The translations under genes were made by a program, and so were the position numbers. Below the pieces are notes generated by a model. That model was not told where the DNA came from and ran no database searches. It was given only the letters and a program-made list of their open reading frames with translations. DNA of 64,000 nucleotides from Pinctada imbricata (Eukaryota), in NCBI GenBank assembly GCA_033119305.1, contig VSWD01000007.1:57794741-57858740 (forward strand), written 5' to 3'. Of this stretch, positions 13,740 through 25,994 are shown piece by piece (the stretch's first letter is position 1; every line of letters begins with the position of its first letter).

Positions 13740-14700
13740 ATAATGCGGGAGCCCGATAGGAATAAGATATTCCTTTTTTTTCCGTCTGTCCGTCAAGAAT
13801 TTAGTTCTCGCGAAAGTCAAGTAGTTTTCAATGTTACAGCTTTCATATTTTATACACAGATAAAGAATAATAAGATGAACATGCCTATTTTGAACCTTCA
13901 AGGTCAAATGTAAAGGTCAAACTTGGACAAAATTCGCTAAAATATCTGTATACTTTGGTTCTGACGCGATATCTAACTCAAGTAGTTTTCAGTGTATAGC
14001 TTTCATGTTTTATACAGAGATAAACAATCCTGAGAGGAACATATCTATAGATTTTGAACTATCAAGGTCAAACCTAGTTGGCAAAATTTAATAAAGTATC
14101 AATATTTTGGTTCTGACGCGATAGCTCAAAGTAGTTTTTAAGGTTCAGCTTTCATATTTCATACAGAGATAGTAACATGCCAATAAATATTGAACCTTCA
14201 AGGCCAAAGGTCAAGGTCAAACTTAGGCAAAATTCCATCCGTCAATAGTTTGGTTCTGACTTGACAATTAAAATGTTATCAGCACAGGGATTTATCCCGT
14301 TTTCCTCGTTGCAGTACTATCATGTAACGAGGAAAACGGGATAAATCCCTGTGATTTTCAAACACAAATAAAGGATCATGAGAGGAACATGCCAATAAAT
14401 TTCAAACCAAACCTTCAATGTCGAAGGTCAATGTCAAACTTAGACAAAATTCAATAGAGTATCATTACTTTGTTACTGACGCGATCTAACCCAAGTAGTT
14501 GTCAAGGAACAGCTTTCATATTTGATAAACAGATAAAGGATCATTAGAAGAACATACCTATGGATTTTAAATTTTCAATGTCAAGGGCCAAGGTCAAACT
14601 TAGGTAAGATTTTATAAAATATCAATACTTTGGTACTGATGCAATAACTGATCAGGCGATATTCGACATACTGATGAAGAATGATGAGAAGAGCATGCTT
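13740..14700. repeat. Tandem array of about 140 bp with about 6 units (..gttctgacgcgatatctaactcaagtagttttcagtgtatagctttcatgttttatacagagataaa..aggtcaaac..), headed by a (tccgtctgtccgtc) module
   Basis: Units start at about 13800, 13940, 14080, 14215, 14360 and 14500. One unit is replaced by a 71-bp perfect palindrome. Confidence 0.75.
14283..14353. repeat. Perfect palindrome: 28-bp arms (cacagggatttatcccgttttcctcgtt) around a 15-bp spacer
   Basis: 14283..14310 is the exact reverse complement of 14326..14353. Confidence 0.9.
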
Positions 14701-15304
14701 GTACATATTGAACTTTCATTATTGTTATATTAAATGTAGAGATTTTATAAATTTAAACAAGAGTATTCATGGTGGGTAATTAATATAAACCCCAAAATTT
14801 CAAAAGCCTGTTTAGCGGATTTTGTCGATCAGAATTCTAGTTCACCGTGAAAACTTTCGCCATAGCCAAAGGGTACCAATGCAAAGCTCGAAAGTCAAGG
14901 TCACAGTTCACTTGATAATTTACATGTTAACGTCCTAGAGTATTGAAACTTCCCATATAGATTGTGCAGTAGGCAAGGAGTTTCCTTATTGATCTTGGGC
15001 CAAAAGGTAAAAAGTTAAGGTCAAACTACATTTTTGTGCGGAACTTTTTGATAAGCATTTTTGAAAATACACTTCAGGACCGTAACTCAAGTAATTATCC
15101 TCCTTTCTCTTATCTTCCATTTTGGGTTATTATCGCCAGTCCTATCTCCTTTGGGGTATCTCTTAATTAGCCCCTTCTATCTTTGGAGTACCCCATAGTC
15201 TATGCGTGTATGCAGGACCAGAGGGGCTCTTATTATGTACTGCATTGCATGGTCCATATATAGATATATATTTTATTACGCCCCTGCTTTAACCTTCAAT
15301 TCTT

Positions 15305-15343
<39 letters not shown>

Positions 15344-15350
15344 CATATGA
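15305..15350. repeat. (TA)n microsatellite, about 23 repeats
   Basis: atatatatatat... run. Confidence 0.95.
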
Positions 15351-17290
15351 TCCCATGATGATCCTTGTTGATTTTTTTTGGATCCAAAGGTAAATGTCAA
15401 ACTATACATATCCAGGATATATTTATATTTAGAGTACTTTTTATGTCCCTGTAATCGGAGATTCGGGGTATATAGTTTTTGGTCTGTCCGTCTGTTGTCT
15501 GATTGTCCGTTTATCTGTTTTGTGTCTCTGTTTGTCCGCAGAAACTTTGACCTTGGCCATAACTTTTGAATGGCAAGTAATAGGGCTTTCATATTTCACA
15601 GGTGCATTCCTTTTGACAAAGCCTTTCCATGGATACCAAAATTTTTGACCTTGGAGTTTGACCTACTTTTGAAAAACTTTAACCTTGGCCATAACTTTTG
15701 AATGGTAAGTGATAGGACTTTCTTATTTTACATGTGTACAGGGGCGGATCCAGAACCCCAATTGCCCGGGGGGGGGGGCACATACAATTTTTATGGAAAT
15801 CAATTACGAGGCCCGAAGGGCCGAGTGGGGGAGGGTATGGGAGGGTATGGGAGGGGGTTTCCCCCTCCCATTGGTGGGGGTTCGGGGGCCTCCCCCGAGA
15901 AAATTTTGAAAAAATGAAGCAATTTGGTGGCATCTGAAGCGTATTTGAAGTGAATTTAGAAGGGATTTGGCGCGCATGATTCAGTCAGTGTCAGTAACAA
16001 TAATTATTATTTATATAGAATATATTTGAAAATTTTCGAAATTTTCTGATGCTGTACTGTTCTTGCACGGCATGCAGAAGTCAACATGTTCAGAATTTCC
16101 TAAAGAAACGGGCTGATCAGGATTGAGAAGTTTTGAAAGGGCAGAGAGGTCAGCCCATGGGAGGGAGGGGTGTCCAGCCATAAATTCTCATAAAACTAGG
16201 AAAAATCAGCATTTTATGCAAAATCCAGGCAGGACTTGACCCCCTAACCACTCTAGATTCGCGCTTGTTTGTTAATATTTGTGCAAAGGTAAAGAACATA
16301 AGTAATTACAGGTGTTTTTTTTTCTAGCCCCTGATGTCAGGGGCCTGGCCGATGAAATTGGGAATTTTGCAACATTTTAACCTAAATTGGGAAATAAATT
16401 TCAAACAACAAAAAGATATATTCATGCAAATTATCCCTTATCATATCAATTGTCTATATTTTGAATCCCTCCTAGAGCATGTTTGTTCTACTTTCGTTTT
16501 CCTTTCAGTTAATGATACGTAAATTGGAACATGTCACAGTGGAAGTGAATTTCTCGTTTTGGAGAAAATTGAATTAGGAATTTTTAGGTCTAAAATTGGG
16601 GATAAGTACCTCTTTTTACCGAATTTCGGCCCCATACAGACCCTAAAAATTCCCTTGTAAATGAGAAATTTCCTTGACAAACTAGAGATCACGGGTGCCT
16701 TATTCCCTGCATCGTCCAGATTGAAAGGTTTAATTATTTCTTGGCTGTTCTATCATGATTATATTTTTGATTTACCTAGGGGCTTAACCAAAAATGTAAT
16801 CATGGTAACTTCGATTCTAAAAATAAAGAAAAACATGCATTTTCATCTTTTCAAAATTCTTGGAGATAGCCGGTTTAAATCTGGCCCAAACAATTTCAAT
16901 TGTTTATTTTAAAAAGATTGATCATGACCTCAAATTTAGAGTTTACAAAATGTAAGTTTAATTATAGGAGGTTTTATCGAAGATTTGGTCAAGAAATGTG
17001 TGTAAGAAATATGCCTTGCATAGGATATAAAGTTCCCGATTCATCCCTTAGATAAAGAAAATTCGATATGAACATGATTCAATATAGGTTGTTCCCGAAA
17101 CGTGTGTACGTCCATGTACAGACAATGGACATGACTAGCTATCCCCGAGAAATGTTTGGAAAATTTACTCAAATCGGTGGTTTCTGGGGTGTTTTGGGGG
17201 CTATTTCTGACTAGTTTCATAGATTTATTACGGAAACAGTAGTTTAATGCTTCCAAATGCATATTATAAGTGCCCCTTCTTTGGGCACTG

Positions 17291-17342
17291 CCGGGGGGGG
17301 GGGGGGGGCACGTGCCCCCGTGCCCCCCCCCCCCCCCCCCGG
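17291..17342. repeat. ccgg-G16-CACGTG-cccccgtg-C18-gg quasi-palindrome (poly-G and poly-C arms around an E-box core)
   Basis: Sequence ccggggggggggggggggcacgtgcccccgtgccccccccccccccccccgg. Similar G-tracts at 15771..15787 and 43625..43648 (G22), and a C12 tract at 5927..5938. Confidence 0.9.
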
Positions 17343-18094
17343 CTGAATCTGCCACTGGTGTATTCTTTGTGACAAAACCTTTTCATGGATACCAAAATTT
17401 TTGACCTTGTGATCTTGACCTTGGAGTTTGGTTTGACCTACTTTTTTAAAATCTAAACTTTAGCCATAACTTTTGAATGGTTTACAAGTGATAGGGCTTT
17501 CATATTTCACATGTGAATTTCTTGTTGCAAGACATTTCCATGGATACTAAATTTGACCTTGTGACCTTGACCTCAGAATGTGAACTACTCTTCAGCTGTT
17601 TTACCGACAAAGATGTCAATTAACGCCTGGTTTTTTTTTATTCAATTCAATTCAATTTTATTCAGGCAATGTATATCATACAATAGCACAGGTTATAATT
17701 TGTTTGAATTTTCCTGAATTAATTCTGTTTTTCTTCATTCTGTTTATCTCTACTTTTGTCAGTTTGATCAATCCGCAGATGAATTTTCGCTGATTTTTTA
17801 TTACTTTCTACAACAATTTTCCCTTTTCCGAGTCCGCATATTTAAAAGATTTCGAAAAGTATTGCACAATATATACATGTTCGAACAAGAAGGAATACGA
17901 ATCACGCCTGTTAGAATAGAAACCGAAAGTTGCAAACTAAACAAAAATCAAAGTTGAGAAATAACGCTTTGAACTTGTATGACAGACTAAAAATATGTCG
18001 GGAAGCATATATGGTTTTGCACCTTTGCAATTTGTCCACATACTGGACTTAGTAAGTTACAGTTTATTAAAATTACTACAGACAAGTAAAGTGT

Positions 18095-21000
18095 ATCAGT
18101 TCGGGAAAACTCAAAATTCGGCAACGTTGTCAAATTCGGCAACATATTGCCGAATTCGGCAACCTAACAGCAAAAAATCAGGACTTAAAATACAGATTTA
18201 GTGTCCGATTTAACATTGGTTGTAATGGGCAACTTTTTTATTGCTCTACAGAATGTTTTCTAAATTGACCACTTTCCAGTTCCGCGCCACCTAGCGGCGA
18301 AGTGCTGAAAACAGGCAATCTCCTACGCATGCGTCCGATTTCAGTTCCGCATTTCTTCACTTTGAAATCTACCTCTGCCATCATCGCCTATTGTTTGTCT
18401 ACAAGATTCTTGCAGACTGGAACTGGGGCTTCATATTTCTAAATAAAGTATTGTAAGTATATACCATCAGGTTTGAATACATTTATGAGATATACAGGCC
18501 TTGAAACTCGTGAAAATCTTAGGTTGTCATTCGGGCAACCTGCTTTGAATATTAGGTTGCCCGAAACCATTTTTACTTGCCCGAAATCATGGAATTGAAA
18601 AACTAAGCTGTCATTCTTTATTTCCGCTAATTTGAACATTTTACATAAATTCCATTTCTTTTTCAACAAATTCCTCATTTAACTCATCATGCTTGTGTGC
18701 CTCAGCTAGAGGACTCGTGAATCTTTACAGATTCCAATCTCAATGACTTACATCGTTTGACAAACTTTGCTTTAAGTTTTTCTTTGCCACTCTCTATGCA
18801 TAATTTACAAATCATTGAGGGCGCATCACCTTCATTGTCCCTAAACTCCATCCAAGGCCGATTCGTTTTCCAGGTCTCTTTGAGCGACCTTGGTTTAATT
18901 CCTATGACTTTCATAGTCCCTTTTTGTTTTCTTTTTAGGTTGTTCAACACCTTGTATAAATATCCACTTCACTGTTAAAAACAATATAACATGCAGGAAA
19001 TCTACAACCGTATTACAAAATTCGGGCTGATAACGGACCGTCGTATGGAAACTTTAAACCGATCATAAAGTCTGCTATCTGAAAACTCCTAGTTTTTCTG
19101 ATTCTGACTTAAATCAAAGATGATTTAAACTTTTTATTCATTATTTCATCGTGGTAAGCATACATGTACTGTACATTGAATGCCTGAAAATAGGTCGTCA
19201 GTCGGACGAATTGGTCTCAATTCTAGGTCGTCTCACAGGTAAGTAGGTTGTTTTTGACGATCGGACGACCGCGAATTTCGAGCCCTGGATATACAGTGTA
19301 CATGCAATGCTTTTCTTTCGATGCAATACTATGCAGTATCAGGGATTCTTTCTTCATTCGTACGTTACCAACACGATCAGCTGAGCGAGAAGTCTCCGGT
19401 AAAAATACAAATTCTAGCTATAAATCGAATCCTACCGTCTTTAGGCGTGAGTCTTGTAAATTTTCCTACATCAAGATAAGAATCGTTTCCTTCATTGCCC
19501 ATTAACTCGCCCTAATCACTCAAATATGTGCCTCTGCCTTTGAATCTTTTGCACTGTTTACGTCAGAAGTCCGAATTACGTCAGTGACAACATGCCGTAC
19601 CTGCGATGCCTCTCGGGTTTTATCATTGCGTGAAATGGCGTAGGAAAATAGCGATGACGGCAAGGTTATATTGCAAGCCTGTGCCGCCTATGACCTTGTT
19701 GCAAGTTGGAAAACAGGGTGTCATGGCCGTCGAGTTGGGCATCACGCCTCAATCGCGTTATATATCAGTTAACGTATTATGATGGAAATATCTTATTTGT
19801 CTTTTAAATTACCCGACTAATTAAATTTATTATTATTTATAGATGTTTGCTGAAAGAAAAAGATGCTATAAATGAATTTTTCTGCATATTTAAATATCTA
19901 TTTGTAAATTTAAAACCAGCTTTTCCGTGTTATGAATCACAAATTATCGTTGGTTTTCTTCGTATTCATATTTGTACGTCCATTGCGCAAATCCATTTTC
20001 TTAAAAAGTATCATCCCAATTAACAAATCGTTGTTTTGACAAGTACACACATGCCAATCAACCGTGCAGGGTACGTATATTCATTACCTGCCAGGTGTGA
20101 AAATCATCAGAGCGTGATATGGCCATGCGGCCATTTCAAATAAGATATATACTCTTCAAAAGAAGAAACGCATATAACAATATTACAATGTATTATTATT
20201 ATTATTCAATATTCATAAGCTATTAATTATGTGACCGTATTTGTTTGCATTAACGGTGGTATAGAGATAGGACAAGCAGTTTAGGGCTTAATTACGATTT
20301 TTTGATTATCATAATATCTCTTTTAATTCGACTTTTTATGATTTTATGCATTTTACATGTTTATGAGGAATTTGAATTTTGCCCAAGTCAAATTTCATTG
20401 ATGCCCATAAAAAATTTGGACTTTAACTTCTTCGGGTCACTTCCGCTTTAATGCAATGCATGCTTACAATATCCGACGCCATTCGTTTGAACATTGCGAC
20501 GTGATCGAATGACTCCCATTTGTGAGTAATACTCAGTAAAGTTCAAGGATCAAAAAGTCATATTTAGAAGATTTTTATCCTTATGAAACAAATTTCTCTC
20601 GATAAAACTGATTCGCAAATTCAAGGAATGCGACGAACTCTGGATGACGGTCAGCGTACACGTGTAGTGTACGTTCTCATTGCACCCTGTTCACATGGAA
20701 GAGTTTTTACGGTAATTATTATCTTTTTCCTCATCTTGTCTTTATTTATTTCGTCTTTTTTTTCTCTTCCTTTTTCAAATTGATACAATTTTTTTCATCT
20801 GATAATATATTTTGATTTCAACATGTTAAAGATCTTAGCTAAAAAAAGTCATATTCAAAAAGCCCTTTTTTTAAATCTCAAGGAATCAAAGAAGGTTTAA
20901 TAAATGGATGAAAGAAGAAGACATACAAAGAACGAGTCAATATGGAAATAAGGTTGAAACATCTGTGAAAAAAAAGTAGTGAAGTAAGAATTTCTTTTTA

Positions 21001-22254
21001 AATGCGTAAGAGACCCCCCCCCCCCACTCCCCCACAACACACACCAATTAAAAAGACTTTGAGTCCCTTTGGTGTTGCGGATAGGGGACTAACAATGGAG
21101 AATCTAACACTTTTTTTCTAAAAATACGGAGTGATGATCATGGTATATAAATGAATATTTTAAGATTCCTTGATTAAATTATAGTTCGAAAAATAAATGG
21201 ATTTGGGAAAAAAATGCTGGACCATCTTTACATTTGGCCCGTTTATCTTAAATGTGATATATGGTGTTTATACCGCCTCTCTTTCTTTTCTTGGCAATCT
21301 CCTTACATTTCCAAATTTGATAAGAATGATTATAGATGAAAATTGAATTCTGTTGAGGAGAGACGGGAAGGTAGGATTGCGTATAAAATATAAAACTCGA
21401 TGCCCTGTGTACACTGATTAATAATAATAATTTTAAAAAAAGTCGAAAGGTACGTGTTTCTCGTGGTTTTTGTCGAAAAAAAGAATAGAAATTTTATATA
21501 AACACACAAACGCTCTAAAATAAATATAATAACATATTTTAATACATGTACTAGTATTTTTTTCTGACCATTCCAGACAATGTGTCAGCAGGCTGACTCC
21601 ACACAGGTAGGCGCCTATATCTACCTGAATGACACCTGTTATAATTGACTGGTTGTGTATACGGGGTGTACGTGTATAATATAGGAGTCGGTAATAAGAA
21701 CTGACATTTATATTTATCAAATGAATGATTTCTTGTCTCATATTTAGAAATAATCGACAGCAAATAACTTCCATAACATATCGAAACTGCCCCGTTTTAC
21801 ATGATTAATTTTTGCAACTAATGATTAAAATTTGTCAAAAGCGTAACATTCGTATGACATGAATATATCAAGACATATTAAAAAGATTATCTTAGCATAT
21901 GTAATCGATAATTAGCAAGATAGAAGAGAACTATCTGCCCGAAAATAACACATCAATAAACGAAGCGACAGATGCCCGTGCCCGTCTATACGGCCATGAC
22001 ACCCTGTTTTCGGCACTTCGCCGCTAGGTGGTGCGGAACTGGAAAGTGGTCTGTATTGTTCAAAAACATGTAGAATGGTGAATTATTCAAGAAACTGGCA
22101 GCATATACATGCCGATTTTTCTACTTTAATGCTGATTTATTATTCAGTGAAAAGTTGCTGAATTCGGCAACCTAAGGTTGCCGAATTCAGCAATGAGTTG
22201 TTGAATTTGACAAGTTGACAACGTTGCCGAATTTTGAGTTTACCCGGACTGGTA
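18095..22254 (-). mobile_element. Composite TIR-bounded repeat element (copy A). Outer TIRs of about 200 bp are rich in ttgccgaattcggcaac. The inner core 19680..22052 is bounded by an inverted 85-bp module. It contains an hAT-like zinc-finger ORF remnant.
   Basis: 18097..18300 is the reverse complement of 21976..22251 (cagtYcgggWaaactcaaaattcggcaacgttgtcaa ... gaccactttccagttccgcRccacctagcggcgaagtgc). The core is homologous, in inverted orientation, to 52101..55712. Confidence 0.6.
18702..18950 (-). pseudogene. hAT-transposase-like zinc-finger ORF remnant (TTF/BED-type finger; PWMEF..MICKLC..H motif)
   Basis: 82-aa ORF ...KTNRPWMEFRDNEGDAPSMICKLCIESGKEKLKAKFVKRCKSLRLESVKIHESS. The pattern resembles N-terminal zinc fingers of hAT-derived transposases. 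No full transposase ORF is present. Confidence 0.3.
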
Positions 22255-22468
22255 TTACAAATTAGTTTATTTACATCTTGATCATCTCTTTCCGGTGGAA
22301 TCTACACACTGACACAGTCAGACAGTACAATACTGGTATCAAAGCAGGAACTGAATGATTTTCAAGATTTATTCACGATTACTTCGTTGTTTTGTTAAAT
22401 TCAGACATGAAACTTGGAACAAATAATGGTTGGCATATGTATCGAATATTTATCGAACAATTAAGGGG

Positions 22469-23086
22469 TACTGGTGTCGGAACAGTTTCCGGACGATTTT
22501 GAAGGTTTTTCTGGGATAACTCCTCCGTCCATCAATGGAAAACATTCAAATTTCTCTCAAATAATACTATGCCCTTTCCACAGATACTCATGTTGAAAGA
22601 AAATATTAAATCTTTCAGGAAATATGGTTTCTAGACCGATTTTATGACCCTATATTTTGGCCAATTTTTCGCAAACCGCTGGAACAGTTTCCGGACACCT
22701 GATTTTAAATCTGTCAATCTCGATCAATATTTCAGCCGAAACTGGATAATTTTTGGATATTGTTTTCTTCAGTCTTTCCTACAAATGACTGTGTAAAAAT
22801 AATTTTGAAAAAAGAACCGAAACTTCTCAAATCACGTAGATTAAAATGGTATGCTTCTCGGCGACTTCCCCAGGTGCGCGATATTAAGCGGGGCAGAAAG
22901 GGGTAAATAGATTGTGTGATAAAGCAACTTAGATGCAAAATTTTGTTTATATGATTCGTGATTTGAATTCTGCATTTAAGAATCTACAAAATTGTCAAAA
23001 ATTTTGAAAATGATTTCCTTCAGAGTACTTGAAAAGGGCGACTGTCCGGAAACTGTTACTGTCCAGAAACTGTTCTGACACCAGTA
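22469..23086. mobile_element. MITE-like element of about 620 bp with about 28-bp TIRs (tactggtgtcRgaacagtttcYggac)
   Basis: Left TIR at 22469-22496, right TIR (as its reverse complement) at 23044-23086. An internal third copy of the motif lies at about 22683. No coding capacity. Confidence 0.5.
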
Positions 23087-23439
23087 TGGACAAAAGTTTA
23101 TCGGCCATATTGGATTTGATGTGAAGCATACTTGAAAATCTGTCGTTCTGCAGAATTTTAAAGACTCCAAATTTAACCATTTTAATACTAAGTTTTATTT
23201 ACATAAACATCTTAATTTTCTAATCATTCTGAGTAAAAACTGCATAAATATTTTTCAGGACGACCACATGAACTTAGTGCACCGAACTGCACAGCTACAG
23301 CTCTGCAGAATTCATGATTTGTACTAAAACCTACCTTTAACGTTACTATGATTATATGTCTACAATCATTTGTCCTCCTCATACTTTCTCAAATGCCAGG
23401 TATCTTCATTTTACACGCAGGGGGCTAGGAGCCATAACA

Positions 23440-23660
23440 CCATAGAAAGGAATCCAGGGGCGGATCCCCGGAATCTTGCACATTTGTAATTTGTAACCAA
23501 TAACACACAAGACTATTCCGCTTTTCTAAGATATATCATGTAAATAATTAATAAATGAATCACAAACAGTCGAAATTATAGTGAATTACCCAAGAAACTT
23601 GAAAATCTTCTATTTTTCTACTTATGATGGGGCGGATCGGCACGTGAAAATGGCTACCTG
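23440..23660 (+). promoter_or_regulatory. Candidate MVP promoter region (GC boxes GGGGCGG x2 and a CACGTG E-box)
   Basis: aggggcggatccccgg at about 23457 and gatggggcggatcggcacgtg at about 23630, directly upstream of the candidate ATGGCTACCT|gt exon. Assignment is by position only. Confidence 0.25.
23650..23659 (+). CDS. MVP: Candidate first coding exon of MVP (ATG GCT ACC T | gtaaaa, giving Met-Ala-Thr as in vertebrate MVP 'MAT...')
   Basis: ATGGCTACCT is followed by a GTAAAA donor. GC boxes lie just upstream (aggggcggatcc at 23457, gatggggcggatcggCACGTG at 23630). No downstream exon encoding IRIPPYHYIHVLDQ was found, so this is tentative. Confidence 0.2.
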
Positions 23661-24512
23661 TAAAAACTCATGTCAGTAAGGACCCCGTATCATATTAACA
23701 CCAGGTTTATAAGATTATGAGACCATGTATTCAAAATTGAAGGACAAATGTTTGTAGATTAAAGCTATTTGGAACAATGTCTGAGTAAAATATAATTATG
23801 TCAGGATCATTATTTTGTCAAATTTATGGTATCCAAGAAGGTCTGAACAACTTAGATTTCCTTGAATATCATACAGAATTTATAGGTCAAAACTATGGAG
23901 AGAAAGCTTCCTAGAAAAGGGTAAATTTTTAGAGGAGACACTGTAATATCACTCCTCCTTTGTACCTGTAACCATGGACTGGTCACATTTTAATCTCTGC
24001 TTGTCAATTTAGTGTTGCCATTAGTGAACGTCTTGAGTTGCTTGTGATTTAGGGCAACATTGAGGAGAGCCAGGGATTTATTTTACTTTCTTTGTGAGGT
24101 TTTCTGGTTAGGAACTTTTGGAAACCACAAAATTTGGTGGGATGGGTATTGTGATCTGTTAGCTCAATTGTAAAGATGGTCTGCTGATGTAAATCTAAAA
24201 TTTAATTCCCGGAATTAATTATCTCATTTTCATCTCTGCCCATTGCAGTGTATATTTACACCTAATATGTGAAGTAGTACACAAAGAAAACTTATTGTTG
24301 CAGTATCGGTAGTTGAAATAAACAATTATTCTTCAAGTACTAAATAATGCAATTTCTTCTCTCCAGTGTATGTTGGAAAACACTATGCTTTATGTGGTAT
24401 AGTATGGAAGTGTTATGAACTTATAATGACTGTAAAATCACTGTGTCTATGAAATATTACTTAAATAAGTTGAACATGTTGAATAAAAGAGTCTTATAAT
24501 TTCTTATAACAG

Positions 24513-24646
24513 AACACTAACATCACAAGATTGGAGACAGGACCTAAAACACTGGCACTGAAATCCAATGAGAGAGTGACAGCAGGTCCACTTCCTATGA
24601 TAGTGGTCAAGCCTGGACATTACTGTGTCATTAAGGACCCATGCTG
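24513..24646 (+). CDS. MVP: Major vault protein coding exon (window exon 1 of 25), phase 0 to 2
   Basis: Acceptor ttataacag|AAC, donor TG|gtaaat. Translates NTNITRLETGPKTLALKSNERVTAGPLPMIVVKPGHYCVIKDP, which aligns to vertebrate MVP [43 protein letters not shown]. Confidence 0.85.
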
Positions 24647-25930
24647 GTAAATTATTATTTCATTTTGTTTTGCGATATTTTTGATTTTTTGAAACAAAAA
24701 TTGTGAAACTAAGAAAGGGCATAATTTATCTGGTATCAATTACTGTAAGCTTGTTTATCATGAGTAAAAGATTGACAATGTCACAGAGGACATGCTATTT
24801 GGCTGTCTGGTCCTAATTTTTGAGGTGAAGAAACAGACTTATGATCTTCAAATTTTAAACAAAGGAGGACAAAAACGCAATGATCCATATAGATCTTCAA
24901 GGTCAGAGGTTATACATGCAAATACATTTTGTTCAGAATACAATCTGAATAATTAGCCCTCAAACTTGCCACAAAAGATTAATATGTTAAGAGTGATCAT
25001 CCTTTCGACTTCCAAGATCATAGACCAAAAGTCAAGATTAGGTTACAGGCCAAGGTAACTATATGTACAGTTTACTCTCGTTTACTCAAACTCGGTTAAC
25101 TCGAATTTCCGCTTAACTCGAACTGTTTTTAAAAGTCCCGATTTGCTGCTATTGATTTCTATGCAATTTTACTCCTGATAACTCGAATTCGGATAACTCG
25201 AACTTTTCGTTAAGTCGAACTAATTTTTAGGGCCCATAAATCATTTTACATTGAAAATTTATCTCAATAGGTCGAACCACAAACTAATTTCAATTCTTAA
25301 ACAGAAACCAATTCATTATAAGGAGATCGGTGGACCTATAATTGATACTCTCTTGCTATGGAGTCGAAAATACAAACATAAAATCTAGTTTGGTCATTAG
25401 AAAATGGACAACATGAACATTTGTGAACTGTAATAGGGAGGAGGGAAATAAGTCTTTTGGAAAATCAATTGCTGATCATCTACTCAATAAGTCGAACTCC
25501 TGATAAGTGGAACTATCTCTGATGGTCCCCTGAAGTTCGACTTATCGAGAGTAGACTGTATACATGACAGGTGTATATTGTGACAATTGCAGAATATTTT
25601 TGTACTTTTCCTTCATATAGTGATTATTTTCATTATATTTTGTTAAACCATCTACAGAAGTGAATTAGTTATGTAAGGGAGAAAGCTATCTAAGTTGTGA
25701 AAACTTGAAGTTATGCCTCATCCCATTGTTCATTTATCAAGACAGTAAAATATGTATCATTCATGTAAAGACATCCTTGCTTGACTATTCATTTTAAATG
25801 ATTGGAAAAAATTAATTTGATTGAATTAGATCTTAAATAACATAATTCATTTTCCAATGGTCTATCACTTAAATTACAGTCTCTAAATTACATATTATTA
25901 TATTAATAGTTTTTGCCAATTACATTACAG

Positions 25931-25994
25931 CAAGTACATACCAGGATTTGCTTGTGAGTTAAGGCTTGGAGAGACAGAGATAAAGTTCCATTCA
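25931..25994 (+). CDS. MVP: MVP exon 2/25
   Basis: Acceptor attacag|CAAG, donor TCA|gtaaga. Translates (C)KYIPGFACELRLGETEIKFHS, similar to ..VRLRHADLEIRLA. Phase is consistent with exon 1. Confidence 0.8.

Noticed and set aside
17041-17355. ORF encoding MADSAGGGGGGHGGTCPPPPPG...
   Set aside because: The glycine and proline runs are simply translation of the poly-C/poly-G palindrome at 17291..17342. The ORF is noise.
21976-22000. 20-nt match to the 5' end of 5S rRNA (gtctaYacggccatRacaccctg)
   Set aside because: Similarity does not extend beyond about 20 nt. Box A/C and the rest of the 120-nt 5S structure are absent. It is a terminal module of the repeat family, possibly distantly 5S-derived, but not a 5S gene.
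23941-23975. ITPPLYL-encoding stretch as the missing MVP IRIPPYHY exon
   Set aside because: The frame hits TAA immediately after and cannot be joined in phase to the exon at 24513 with any GT/AG pair. The similarity is too weak to call.
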